From Candidatus Latescibacterota bacterium (GTDB taxonomy: Bacteria > Latescibacterota > UBA2968 > UBA8231), in assembly GCA_965203175.1 (NCBI GenBank), contig OZ241867.1, positions 6,208,001 to 6,272,000 of the forward strand: a stretch of 64,000 nucleotides of DNA. The letters run 5' to 3'. This document shows, piece after piece, positions 16,271-25,278 of the stretch. The notes under the pieces were generated by a model, which saw nothing but the letters and a program-made list of their open reading frames with translations, did no database searches and was not told the DNA's origin. Numbering within the stretch: the stretch's first letter is position 1; every line of letters begins with the position of its first letter. A program made the translations under genes and the position numbers.

Positions 16271-17398
16271 ATGTACATTCGTTCGCTGTGTGTCGCTGTA
16301 TGTTTGTTCTGGGTACCGCTTCAAGCCGCCGACTTCAACCCAGGCTCGAAGCCGCCGTATGCCGCCGCCATTTTGCTCGAAGCCGAAAGCGGCACCATCC
16401 TTTTTGCCCATCACCCAGATAGAAAGCGCTCGCCGGCCAGCACCCAAAAGCTGGTGCTCAAACTCGTGGTTTTAGAAATGGTCAAAGCAGGCAAGATCTC
16501 GTTAGAGGACTCGGTCTTGGTCTCCCGTCGTGCGGCGCGCACCGGCGGCTCTCAGGTTTTCTTGAAGCAAGGCGAGGTCTTTACACTGCGGGAACTGATG
16601 GAGGCTGCGGCTATTGCCTCGGCTAACGATGCTTGCGTTGCCATTGCCGAGCACATCAGCGGCTCGACCCCCGGCTTTGTCAGACTGATGAACGATCGCG
16701 CCCAAAGCCTCGGAATGCGCGACACGCGTGTTGTCAATGTCCACGGCCTCGACAACACCCCACGCGGTAAAGGCAACCTAAGCACGGCCCGCGACCTCTC
16801 CAAAATCGCCCGCGAGCTCTTGGGCCACCCAGAGGCACTGCAATGGTCATCTACCCGCCGCAAACCCTTCCGCAACGGCAAGTTCACGCTTCGCGCCACC
16901 AACAAGCTGCTGGGGCAGTTCCAAGGGCTTGACGGGCTAAAAACTGGTTATACGCGACGCGCTGGCTCCTGTCTCGTTTCTACGGCCATGCGCCACGACA
17001 TGCGTCTAATCTCTGTGATCTTGGGAGCCTCCTCCACGCGCGTCCGCAACCGGGAGACTCGCCGCCTGCTAACCTGGGGCTTTGATAACTTCTCGCGCGT
17101 GCCCATCGTCGAAACCGGCGAGCTAATGGGCAAGGTCGCGCTCAACTGGGGAATAGAGCCAGAGGTGCGCGTCTTGGCCCAAGACACCATAGTCGCCGTG
17201 CTCACCCCCGAACAGAAGCAGCAGATAGTCCGCCACCTAGAGCTACCCGAGGAATTTCCAGCACCGGTCGCTGCCGGAACTGAAATGGGCAAGCTGCGAG
17301 TCTCGCTGGGCGATAGCCTCCTGGCCGTGGTGCCCATCCACGCTGAAAAGAGCATCGGCCGCATGGGGCTGTGGGACAAGCTAATGACGTACTTTTAA
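16271..17398 (+). CDS. dacA: D-alanyl-D-alanine carboxypeptidase (peptidase S11, PBP5/6-like)
   Basis: Signal peptide; PASTQK (SxxK), SAN, KTG motifs; PBP5 C-terminal domain. Confidence 0.88.
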   Translation: MYIRSLCVAVCLFWVPLQAADFNPGSKPPYAAAILLEAESGTILFAHHPDRKRSPASTQKLVLKLVVLEMVKAGKISLEDSVLVSRRAARTGGSQVFLKQGEVFTLRELMEAAAIASANDACVAIAEHISGSTPGFVRLMNDRAQSLGMRDTRVVNVHGLDNTPRGKGNLSTARDLSKIARELLGHPEALQWSSTRRKPFRNGKFTLRATNKLLGQFQGLDGLKTGYTRRAGSCLVSTAMRHDMRLISVILGASSTRVRNRETRRLLTWGFDNFSRVPIVETGELMGKVALNWGIEPEVRVLAQDTIVAVLTPEQKQQIVRHLELPEEFPAPVAAGTEMGKLRVSLGDSLLAVVPIHAEKSIGRMGLWDKLMTYF

Positions 17399-17404
17399 GC
17401 GCGG

Positions 17405-17827
17405 CTACTTGTGGTACCGCCCACCGCTTAAAATATCAAAGGACCGATACAAAGCCTCCAACAACAGCAGGCGCGCTAGCTGGTGGGAAAAAGTCAGCGG
17501 CGACAGCGACCACCGCTCTCGTATTTGAGACTCCACCCCCGCCGGCATTCCCTCGGCTCCTCCTATTACCAACACTAGATGCGAGTGGCCTTGGTTCATG
17601 AGCCGCTGGACCCGTTGCGCCAACTGTTCAGAAGTGAACGGCTCTCCTTCCACGTATAGACCGACGACATAGGTCCCTTTCAACAGCCGGTCCGGCAGAC
17701 CGCCCTGCGCCTTGCCTGGGCACAACGCAACCCGCGCCTGCCGCGAGAGCCGCTTGATATACTCCTGCTCGGCGGCTTCTAGTGCTGGGTTGCGGTGTTT
17801 CTCGTAGGAGACAATGCTGATCTGCAT
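17405..17827 (-). CDS. rlmH: 23S rRNA (pseudouridine1915-N3)-methyltransferase
   Basis: IGGAEG, SLSPLTFSHQLARLLLLEALYR...G.YHK. Confidence 0.92.
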   Translation of the reverse strand: MQISIVSYEKHRNPALEAAEQEYIKRLSRQARVALCPGKAQGGLPDRLLKGTYVVGLYVEGEPFTSEQLAQRVQRLMNQGHSHLVLVIGGAEGMPAGVESQIRERWSLSPLTFSHQLARLLLLEALYRSFDILSGGRYHK

Positions 17828-17832
17828 TGGCG

Positions 17833-18885
17833 TTAGTAGTGATCTGGCGCAATCGACAAGGCCCGGTTCTCCAGCGGCAAGGCCACTCGCGCCCCACCCT
17901 GCCGATGCGACTCGACGATTGCGAAAATTAGCTCTTGGCTGCGACAGGCGAGCGTTAGATTGCCTTGGGTATCGCCGTCCTCGTCGATTGCCCGGACGAT
18001 ATCCTCCATCCCGCGCAATGTGCCGCTCTCAATGACAGCTTCGGGCGCATCCACCGGGCGCAACTCGCCGTGCTCGTCTTTCTTGCGCAGACTATAGCCC
18101 ATCCCATTGCTCAAGGTGCGTAGCATGCCCTCGGTGCCGCTGATTTCAAATTCCCAGCCGGGCGTGCCCACTAAGTACGAGTGAATTCCGTTTTTGAACT
18201 GCACGTATCCATTGCTGATCCTCGGATCTATAGTCAGCCGGTCGCCCTCCCAATCCGCGGCCTCTGCCTGTACCGTCCCCTGCGCGAATTCCGCCTCCGA
18301 GTCCAGCGCAAAAAAGAGCATCATGTCGGCCGCGTGCGTATGCCCCCATTGCGCCACGCTGATCCCGCAGTTTGCCACGACCGCCTGCACCTCGCCGATG
18401 TCGCCGCGCTCGATCATGGCGCGCGCATCGCGGTAGAGCGCGGCATAACGCCGCTGCGTGCCGTAGTTGAATTTGACACCCCGCGGTGTGCAGGCTTGCA
18501 GCATGGCGTCCATCTCGTGCACGGCGTTGCACAGCGACTTCTCGCAGTAGATGCCTTTGATGCCAGCTTCGGCCGCGAAAATTACCTGCTCGGCGTGCGG
18601 GCCCGGCCGGGTGGCAATGCTGACCACGTCGAGGTTTTCGCGCTCGATCATTTCCCTGTAATCGGCATAGGATCGCTGGGCACCGTAGCGGTCGCGGATC
18701 CTTTCGGCCTTCTCCTCGATTGGGTCGCAGACGGCAACCAGTTCCATCCGCTCGCAGGCGACGATTGCCGCGGCGTGCGAATACGGCAGAAAGAGCTGGG
18801 CATTGGGGCCGCTTTTGACTTCGTCGTCAATGGTGGCACCCATGCGTCCGCAGCCGATGAGTCCAACTCGATAGGTAGTGGGCAT
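17833..18885 (-). CDS. Gfo/Idh/MocA family oxidoreductase
   Basis: GLIGCGRMG, CEKS, R; start chosen at ATG 18885 after AAGGAG. Confidence 0.85.
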   Translation of the reverse strand: MPTTYRVGLIGCGRMGATIDDEVKSGPNAQLFLPYSHAAAIVACERMELVAVCDPIEEKAERIRDRYGAQRSYADYREMIERENLDVVSIATRPGPHAEQVIFAAEAGIKGIYCEKSLCNAVHEMDAMLQACTPRGVKFNYGTQRRYAALYRDARAMIERGDIGEVQAVVANCGISVAQWGHTHAADMMLFFALDSEAEFAQGTVQAEAADWEGDRLTIDPRISNGYVQFKNGIHSYLVGTPGWEFEISGTEGMLRTLSNGMGYSLRKKDEHGELRPVDAPEAVIESGTLRGMEDIVRAIDEDGDTQGNLTLACRSQELIFAIVESHRQGGARVALPLENRALSIAPDHY

Positions 18886-18908
18886 TTTGCTCTCCTTTTC
18901 GCGCAATC

Positions 18909-18937
18909 TTGACGCAGTTAGTATGCTGGGATATATT
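18909..18937 (+). promoter_or_regulatory. sigma70 promoter of tRNA-Val
   Basis: TTGACG-17-TATATT. Confidence 0.6.
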
Positions 18938-18966
18938 ATTGACCCGTCTGCAATTAGACAACACGA

Positions 18967-19043
18967 GGGCGATTAGCTCAGCTGGCTAGAGCGCCTGCTT
19001 GACATGCAGGAGGTCACTAGTTCAAGTCTAGTATCGCCCACCA
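18967..19043 (+). tRNA. tRNA-Val(GAC)
   Basis: GGGCGAT/ATCGCCC acceptor stem, anticodon arm CCTGC-TTGACAT-GCAGG, GTTCAA T-loop, CCA end. Confidence 0.97.
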
Positions 19044-19049
19044 TCTTCT

Positions 19050-19080
19050 AAGCCCCTGACTTTTCAGGGGCTTTCTTTTT
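19050..19080 (+). terminator. Intrinsic terminator after tRNA-Val
   Basis: AAGCCCCTGA-cttt-TCAGGGGCTT followed by T-tract. Confidence 0.85.
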
Positions 19081-19172
19081 ATCCCCTTGTTTTTGTTTCT
19101 CAGCGCACAGATAATCAGTAGTTTGGCCCGGAGCACTTGAGTCACCTAAGTCTTCAGGACAGAAAAGGAAAG

Positions 19173-20183
19173 ATGACAGGCATTGGAATTATAGGTGCGG
19201 GAGGAATTGCCGAGCACCATTTGAGGGCGATCTCTCGACATCGTCAGGCCAAGGTTCTTTGCCTGGCCGACACTGACTTGAACAGAGCACAGAGCTTGGC
19301 GGACAGATACGGAATCAGTCGGGTTACAGTTGACCCGAATAGGATCCTTCTGAACGCGGAGGTCAATACGGTCATTATTGCTCTGCCCACATTTCTTCAT
19401 TATGAATGGCTGTTGCGATGTGCGAGAGCCGGCAAAGATATCCTCACCGAAAAACCTCTGTGCCGAACTGTGTCGGAAGGCAAACGCGTTCTTCGCACAT
19501 GTACCAAGCACAACGTTCGTCTTGCGGTAGGATACATGAGACGCTTCTCGCCGGCGCGGTTGAAAGTACAGTCGTTGGTGCAAGCCGGAGCGTTGGGCAG
19601 ACCCGTGACTTGGCAGATCTCGTCATTCGGGCCGCGCTCAGACTTCTATCGCGGGCCCGGAAATTGGATGTGGGACAGACGCAAAGGCGGTGGTCTTGTC
19701 ATGGATGGCTCCATTCACGATTTCGACTTCGCGTGCTGGATCCTAGGACAACCGACAAAAATGTTCGCACAGTCCTCCCGGATATCAGATGTCGCGACAG
19801 CGCCGACGCAGGCACACGCTCTTGTCACTTTTGCAGACAGCGATCGTCTTGCGTACAGCGCTGCATGGCAAGAGGGTGATTTCAGCCCGAGTCAGCGCTC
19901 GTCGTGTATCATCGGATCTGAGGGGACCATCACTTTGGATTCTGATTTTGAATTCACTTGGCATTGTGTCGGCAAAAAAGAGCGACATTTCAAGTGGAGT
20001 CCTGACAGACTCCGCCCGTCAGGTATGGGGGCTTCCTGGCTCTTCTACCGACAACTGGACAGTTTTGTGAGGAAGCAGAACGATGTGAGCCTGGCAACTG
20101 GCCAAGAATCTCTCGCCAGCCTGTGGATAGCAGAAAAGATCATTGACGCGGGCCCAGACGGCAGGCTCTGCTACTACAGATGA
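19173..20183 (+). CDS. Gfo/Idh/MocA family oxidoreductase
   Basis: GIIGAGGIA, TEKP, GYMRRF, GGG-MDGSIH-FD. Confidence 0.85.
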   Translation: MTGIGIIGAGGIAEHHLRAISRHRQAKVLCLADTDLNRAQSLADRYGISRVTVDPNRILLNAEVNTVIIALPTFLHYEWLLRCARAGKDILTEKPLCRTVSEGKRVLRTCTKHNVRLAVGYMRRFSPARLKVQSLVQAGALGRPVTWQISSFGPRSDFYRGPGNWMWDRRKGGGLVMDGSIHDFDFACWILGQPTKMFAQSSRISDVATAPTQAHALVTFADSDRLAYSAAWQEGDFSPSQRSSCIIGSEGTITLDSDFEFTWHCVGKKERHFKWSPDRLRPSGMGASWLFYRQLDSFVRKQNDVSLATGQESLASLWIAEKIIDAGPDGRLCYYR

Positions 20184-21208
20184 CTATGATAACTGAGAGG
20201 AAAGGCCGAACCAATCCACTCTTCCTAATAATGGATCTGAGAGAAAAATCAGAGCGGTGGCGACAGGTTGTCAAAGAAGAAGATATATGGCGACCAGCTA
20301 TTCAGCAGATATGCGATCGCGCCGGTATAGTCTATAGATCGATACGGACGGATTTTCATTCTAACAACGCTGTTTTTCTACTCGATCATCACTACGTCGT
20401 AAAATTGTACGCCCCGGATCAACAAGGCTCTTTCCGCGCTGAAGAAGGGGCTTTACGCATTTTAGCGACGACCCCGGTCCTGCCAATCCCCCCCTTGTTA
20501 GCCGTCGGCGATCTTAACGGTTTGCTCTCTTGTCCTTATATAGTTATGGGTATGGTATCGGGCATGCCTTTAGACGAGCTTCGAGGAAGATTTGGCTCTG
20601 GCGATCTCGTCAATATTGCAACACAGTTAGGCACGGTTATGGCTCGTTTTCACGGTAGTTATTTTTCCGGCAAATCTCAGATTGGACAAGCATATGGGGC
20701 CTGGAATACGCTTTGTGAAAATCGGCGGCACCAATTCATTGAAAATCTTGGACAGACCGTTTCTTTCCCCTCTTGCCTTAAATCAGAACTGCGTGCATTT
20801 GTTTGTTCTACTGAGGTGGATACGTATCTGAATACTCCCCATATTTTGGTGCACGGCGACTTGACGTGTTACCATATTTATGTGGAAGAGCAGGCTGGTC
20901 ATTGGCGAGTTTCGGGAATCATTGATATGGGCAATGCGCTGGCAGCCCCACCTGAATACGATTGGACAGACCTGTGGTTTCAGACACTCGAACGAGATGT
21001 CCAAGCATTGATCGCTTTTCTAACTTCGTACCAATCAGCCCTCAAAATAGACGAAAATTACCGTCGCCGACTGATGGCCTTTTTCCTACACAGTTGGGAA
21101 GCAGCCCCTAAGTTGGCTGCGCTCCTTGAATCAGAGAATGCCCCAGACATTAAGGATATTGGAGCATTGCTGGATTGGCTTTGGCCAAGAGAATTGGAAA
21201 CTTCATGA
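20180..21208 (+). CDS. Aminoglycoside phosphotransferase (APH)-family kinase
   Basis: VVKLY, LVHGDL...HI, GIID-G, YD. Confidence 0.8.
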   Translation: MTMITERKGRTNPLFLIMDLREKSERWRQVVKEEDIWRPAIQQICDRAGIVYRSIRTDFHSNNAVFLLDHHYVVKLYAPDQQGSFRAEEGALRILATTPVLPIPPLLAVGDLNGLLSCPYIVMGMVSGMPLDELRGRFGSGDLVNIATQLGTVMARFHGSYFSGKSQIGQAYGAWNTLCENRRHQFIENLGQTVSFPSCLKSELRAFVCSTEVDTYLNTPHILVHGDLTCYHIYVEEQAGHWRVSGIIDMGNALAAPPEYDWTDLWFQTLERDVQALIAFLTSYQSALKIDENYRRRLMAFFLHSWEAAPKLAALLESENAPDIKDIGALLDWLWPRELETS

Positions 21209-21229
21209 ACATGGAACAGTTTTCACTTC

Positions 21230-21305
21230 GGCTAACATCAAACCCACGGCTCCGCTTCGCTCCGCCAAACCCCTTCGGGGTTCGTGGGTTTGAAAAACGT
21301 TAGCC
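21230..21305 (+). repeat. attC-like site 1
   Basis: GGCTAAC ... TCAAACCCACG/CGTGGGTTTGA stem ... GTTAGCC. Confidence 0.85.
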
Positions 21306-21323
21306 GAAAATACCCAAGGAAAA

Positions 21324-22109
21324 GTGACTTCATCGATGAATCAAATTCTCTCTCAAGAGGACATTGAACGCTTCCATCTAAACGGGTACGTCCGCCTCGA
21401 ATCGGCTTTTGATCGCACACTTACGCATCGCGTGATGACGTACATATGGGAAATACTTGAGCAGAGATACGGCTTCGATCGCGAAGATCCCTCAACCTGG
21501 AATCGCCCGACAAAAGGACTCAGCAAGATACTGCAAGCGAACCGAGACCTTTGGAATATTGGCGACCAGAAGATCACCTATGCGATCACCCAGCTCCTAG
21601 GTCCTAGCTGGAAATCACCCCCCCACTGGGGCACCTTGCTCCACACGATGCCTGAATCCCCCGATATGTGGAATATTCCGACGGGATGGCACTGGGACTC
21701 AGATCCGTTGGAAATCATAAATGGGAAAGAAGGTCTGTTCATCTTTATTTTTATGTCCCACGTCTTACCGCAGGGGGGTGGAACGCTTATTCTGGAGGGA
21801 GCCCATAAGCTCCTCTTGCGATATCATTGCCGGAGTGTAGAGGCTAAGGGGGGCCACAGTACATTCTTCAAAGCGCACCCATGGCTGGTGGATCTACGGA
21901 ACAACACAGGACCGATGAACGAACGAGTTGCTCGTCTGATGGAGCAGAATGCAGAGATTGAGAATATAAAGGTTAGGGTTGTTGAACTTACGGGAGAGCC
22001 AGGCGATGCCGTGCTCTGCCATCCGCTGATCGTACACGCTCGGTCTCAGAACGCTTCAAAAGTGCCTAGGTTCATGTTGGCCAAGCGAATATGGCGCGAA
22101 CAAGCCTAG
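21324..22109 (+). CDS. Phytanoyl-CoA dioxygenase family protein (cassette gene)
   Basis: F..NGYV-L, WHWD (HxD), GGGTL-LEG-H, GEPGDAVLCHP--VH; start may be ATG 21336. Confidence 0.8.
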   Translation: MTSSMNQILSQEDIERFHLNGYVRLESAFDRTLTHRVMTYIWEILEQRYGFDREDPSTWNRPTKGLSKILQANRDLWNIGDQKITYAITQLLGPSWKSPPHWGTLLHTMPESPDMWNIPTGWHWDSDPLEIINGKEGLFIFIFMSHVLPQGGGTLILEGAHKLLLRYHCRSVEAKGGHSTFFKAHPWLVDLRNNTGPMNERVARLMEQNAEIENIKVRVVELTGEPGDAVLCHPLIVHARSQNASKVPRFMLAKRIWREQA

Positions 22110-22142
22110 GCTGGCAGCCTCGACTTGTATGATGATATCTTC

Positions 22143-22229
22143 GACTAACAGCAGCACTTGTGGCTCGGGCCTGACGCCCCTCGACCTAACTTGCTTGCAG
22201 CAAGTTCACAAGTGCACCAACCGTTACGC
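22143..22229 (+). repeat. attC-like site 2
   Basis: GACTAAC agca GCACTTGTG ... CACAAGTGC accaacc GTTACGC. Confidence 0.85.
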
Positions 22230-22246
22230 GAAAAATGTCATTCTTC

Positions 22247-22336
22247 GCGTAACAAGCAGTTACCACTGCGCCGCATACGCGGCTTGGCCCTGTGGGCAAC
22301 CTCCTTCGCAGGTTCAGTAACTGTAAAACGTTATCT
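22247..22336 (+). repeat. attC-like site 3 (closes a gene-less cassette)
   Basis: GCGTAAC aag CAGTTAC ... GTAACTG taaaac GTTATCT. Confidence 0.85.
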
Positions 22337-22376
22337 GCCATGCGTTTTCGCCTGATTGGTCGAAGGGGTTACAGCT

Positions 22377-23195
22377 ATGGAAACTTCCAAAATCGCCTTT
22401 GTGAGAGACCGGAATGGACTCTTTGATATCTTTACTATGAATGAGGACGGAACAGATCAGACCAACATCACGCGCACCCCGGATTACGAGAAAGACCACG
22501 TAAACTGGTCTCCCGATGGCACGCGTATCGCCTACTGCGACCGACGCCATGGCAAGGGCGAAATTTACGTAATCAACGCCGATGGAAGCGAACCAAGGCG
22601 ACTGACCCACAATTCGGCCCCTGACCTTCGTTCTCACTGGTCGCCCGACGGCCAGACGATCATTTTTTGCACGGATCGTCACGACAACGTCGAGATCTAT
22701 GCCATGAACAGCGACGGTTCTAACCAGAGGAATTTGACCAATCATCCGGCGTATGAGTTGGAATCAACTTTTTCCCCAGATGGCTCTAAGATTGCCTTCA
22801 CGACCGACCGCGATGGTAAGACACAAATTTATGTGATGAAACCGGATGGAAGCGAGCAAAAACGGTTGCACGTTTCTCAGGGCAACGATGAAGATCCTGC
22901 CTGGTCACCGGACGGCAAGTGGATCGCCTTTAAGTCGGACCGCGATGGAAAAAGATCGCAACTCTACGTCATGAGAGCGGATGGGTCGGATCCTAGACGC
23001 CTCACCAACGTTGAGGGCGGCGGCGCTATGGAACCCTCATGGTCACCAGATGGCTCGGCGATCAGCTTCACGGGCGACTGGGAAGGCCGCCAGCAAATCT
23101 ACCGGATAGATATCGACGGAAAGAATTTGACTAATCTCTCTAATAGCTCGACGAAGGATTTTGCTGGTGATTGGGGACCAACGATCGAGATTTGA
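22377..23195 (+). CDS. TolB-like PD40/WD40 beta-propeller repeat protein
   Basis: Five WSPDG/FSPDG..IAF-SDRDG..IYVM--DGS repeats. Confidence 0.88.
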   Translation: METSKIAFVRDRNGLFDIFTMNEDGTDQTNITRTPDYEKDHVNWSPDGTRIAYCDRRHGKGEIYVINADGSEPRRLTHNSAPDLRSHWSPDGQTIIFCTDRHDNVEIYAMNSDGSNQRNLTNHPAYELESTFSPDGSKIAFTTDRDGKTQIYVMKPDGSEQKRLHVSQGNDEDPAWSPDGKWIAFKSDRDGKRSQLYVMRADGSDPRRLTNVEGGGAMEPSWSPDGSAISFTGDWEGRQQIYRIDIDGKNLTNLSNSSTKDFAGDWGPTIEI

Positions 23196-23205
23196 GCTTC
23201 GGCAA

Positions 23206-23430
23206 ATGACAGAATCGTTTGTTGATATTGGAAATCTCCGTCTGTGGACAATCGTGTATGGCAGACAGGATATCAGGCCGAGTTGGCCAGTCGAGCAACT
23301 TGCTCAACTGTTGCCGAACGCGCATTTGGAGTTTCTTGAGAATGCCCATCACCAAATTTGGCTTGGGCATGAAGAATTGCTCCAAGGTTTCTTGAGGGAA
23401 TTTGTAAAGAAATTTGCCCACAGCACATAA
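23206..23430 (+). pseudogene. Internally deleted alpha/beta-hydrolase remnant, copy 1
   Basis: Short N-terminus fused to a hydrolase-like C-terminus (IVYGRQD-RP...LA-LLPNA-L-FLENA-H-IWL); no nucleophile elbow; 74 aa. Confidence 0.55.
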
Positions 23431-23507
23431 CACGTCCGTGCCCGGCTTCGGCGCTGGCGCGCCTTTGCCCAACCGCTACGCGGTTCGGCACGGCGGAAAC
23501 GTTGCAC
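23425..23507 (+). repeat. attC-like site 4
   Basis: ACATAAC acgt CCGTGCC ... GGCACGG cggaaac GTTGCAC. Confidence 0.85.
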
Positions 23508-23539
23508 GCCATCCGGATGAAGATGGAAAGGACGAGAAC

Positions 23540-24022
23540 GTGGCGAAATCCTGTCCTGAATGCTTAAGTGATGTTCCTGAGAGCGCATTTGTATGTCACG
23601 CTTGCGGCCGAAGGATCGTGGGCAAGGAGTGCCCCGAGTGTTGTGAAGTTTCGAAAGAGACTGCAAAACGGTGCGCCTATTGCGGCCACAACTTTGAGCG
23701 CAAGGAGAAGATTGCCAAAATTGAACCATTTAGTGCAAAGGCCTCATTGCTGGCCACGCTCTTCCTCCGGATGCGTTTGATCCCACAGGAGATTTTGCTA
23801 ACTCCAGAGAAGATCATCATCCAAACGTGGGGATTCTTTTGGCTTAGCAGGTCGGACGAAGACATCCCTTGGGAGAAAATCGCCGGCTATCACTACCACG
23901 CAGGATGGTTCTGGGACAGTCTTGAAATCCAGACACGCGGCCAGACAGCCAATAGAATACGATGCCTTCAGAAACCAGACGGTCTAAGAATCAAGGAAAT
24001 ACTCGAGCAAATGAAAGAGTAA
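23540..24022 (+). CDS. Double zinc-ribbon protein with putative bacterial PH-like C-terminal domain, copy 1
   Basis: Four CxxC pairs, then IP-EKI...G-F...LEIQT-G pattern; GTG start after AAGGA. Confidence 0.7.
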   Translation: MAKSCPECLSDVPESAFVCHACGRRIVGKECPECCEVSKETAKRCAYCGHNFERKEKIAKIEPFSAKASLLATLFLRMRLIPQEILLTPEKIIIQTWGFFWLSRSDEDIPWEKIAGYHYHAGWFWDSLEIQTRGQTANRIRCLQKPDGLRIKEILEQMKE

Positions 24023-24058
24023 TTAGCGTTATTAATACAGCCAACAGTGGAGGTCTAA

Positions 24059-24544
24059 ATGCCTGAGGAAAAAACCGAAGTCACCGCTACCGCCAACATA
24101 AGCTTACGCGAAGTTAATGCCGACACTGTAGGGGCAGTCTGCCGCCTGAGCAACACCCTCACGGAGCCCAAGAAGAACTTTGTTGCCAACAATGCCTTCT
24201 CCATCGCCCAAGCATACTTCGAGCCCAAGGCCTGGTTTCGCGCCATATACGCTGATGAAGAGCCAGTTGGATTTGTGATGCTCGTCGACGATGCCGAGAA
24301 ATCTGAGTATTTCCTCTGGCGCTTCATGGTCGCCGAGCCTTATCACGGCCTGGGTTTCGGCCGCCGCGCCATCGAGCTGTTGGTGACATACGTCAAAACC
24401 CGTCCCCAGGCCAAGGAACTGCTTGTAAGTTGTGGGCTCGGCGAAGGGACTCCTGTCGGTTTCTACGAAAAATGCGGTTTTGTCCGTAATGGCAAGACCT
24501 ATGGTGAGGAAATCGGCCTGACGATGCGACTAGTCACTAGCTAG
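24059..24544 (+). CDS. GNAT family N-acetyltransferase
   Basis: FVA-NA-SIAQA, RFMVA--YHG-GFG, FYEKCGF; GGAGG RBS. Confidence 0.88.
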   Translation: MPEEKTEVTATANISLREVNADTVGAVCRLSNTLTEPKKNFVANNAFSIAQAYFEPKAWFRAIYADEEPVGFVMLVDDAEKSEYFLWRFMVAEPYHGLGFGRRAIELLVTYVKTRPQAKELLVSCGLGEGTPVGFYEKCGFVRNGKTYGEEIGLTMRLVTS

Positions 24545-24559
24545 CTTTGGAGGCATATT

Positions 24560-25180
24560 ATAGACTCAGAAGTCACCCTCGTCAGTGTCCACATTCCCAA
24601 AACGGGAGGGATGACGCTGTTGAGTATTTTACAGCAAGTGTATGTTGGTCACCTACAACTCGCCTACGAGGATGAGCGTGATACGATAGTCGAAAAACCA
24701 CTCTGCTATCACGGACATGCTGTGCTGGATAAGTTTGCCAACAATTTGGCCGCATTGCCCAATGCGAAATGGATGACGTTTCTGCGCGACCCCCTTCGAT
24801 CTGCGGTCTCGCTTTACCACTACGGTGTTAAACATGGGACCATTCGCGAAATGGGGCTGGACCAGTGGCTCACAGGAACGGAGATGTTCTGCTGGCCCGA
24901 TCCTCCCGCATACAACCACAACCGCTTCTCGAAATGGATCGGGCGTGCGAGAACCTCATGGGATCAGTTTGACCTCATCGGACTCACAGAGTACTTCGAC
25001 GAATCGATCCAACTCGCTTCGGAAGTGCTTGGATGGCCTGATGTCGAATACACATCGCAGAACGTGGGGACGTACGGCGATCCCAATTTGAATGAATCGA
25101 CTATCAATGTTTTTCGTCGGTTGAATTCAGATGACTACATAGTGTATGATAAAGCGATAAGGCGATTGCAGGGCCAATAA
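24560..25180 (+). CDS. Sulfotransferase family 2 protein (non-canonical or mutated ATA start)
   Basis: HIPKTGG PAPS motif lies in frame upstream of ATG 24611; FLRDP--SAVS-Y; G-TE-FDES; N--D--Y. Confidence 0.75.
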   Translation: MDSEVTLVSVHIPKTGGMTLLSILQQVYVGHLQLAYEDERDTIVEKPLCYHGHAVLDKFANNLAALPNAKWMTFLRDPLRSAVSLYHYGVKHGTIREMGLDQWLTGTEMFCWPDPPAYNHNRFSKWIGRARTSWDQFDLIGLTEYFDESIQLASEVLGWPDVEYTSQNVGTYGDPNLNESTINVFRRLNSDDYIVYDKAIRRLQGQ

Positions 25181-25244
25181 GATGCTGCACTGGACGAGGA
25201 ATCCGCTGCGCTTCTATCCCCGCCGGTGAGTTTGAACGGTAGAT
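25172..25244 (+). repeat. attC-like site 5 (canonical type, degenerate cores)
   Basis: GGCCAAT aagat GCTGCAC ... GTGAGT ttgaac GGTAGAT. Confidence 0.7.
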
Positions 25245-25278
25245 CCTACTTCATCAAGAGAGTTGAGTAGCCTTTGCC

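Larger units (their letters stand above)
23190..24021 (+). repeat. ~830 bp duplicated block, copy 1 (copy 2 at 32595-33411)
   Basis: Direct sequence comparison: near-identical. Confidence 0.95.

Noticed and set aside
23414-23539. N-terminal extensions of cassette ORFs in the ORF track (also 27847, 32819, 31401)
   Set aside because: They translate through attC sites or upstream genes; better starts lie downstream.
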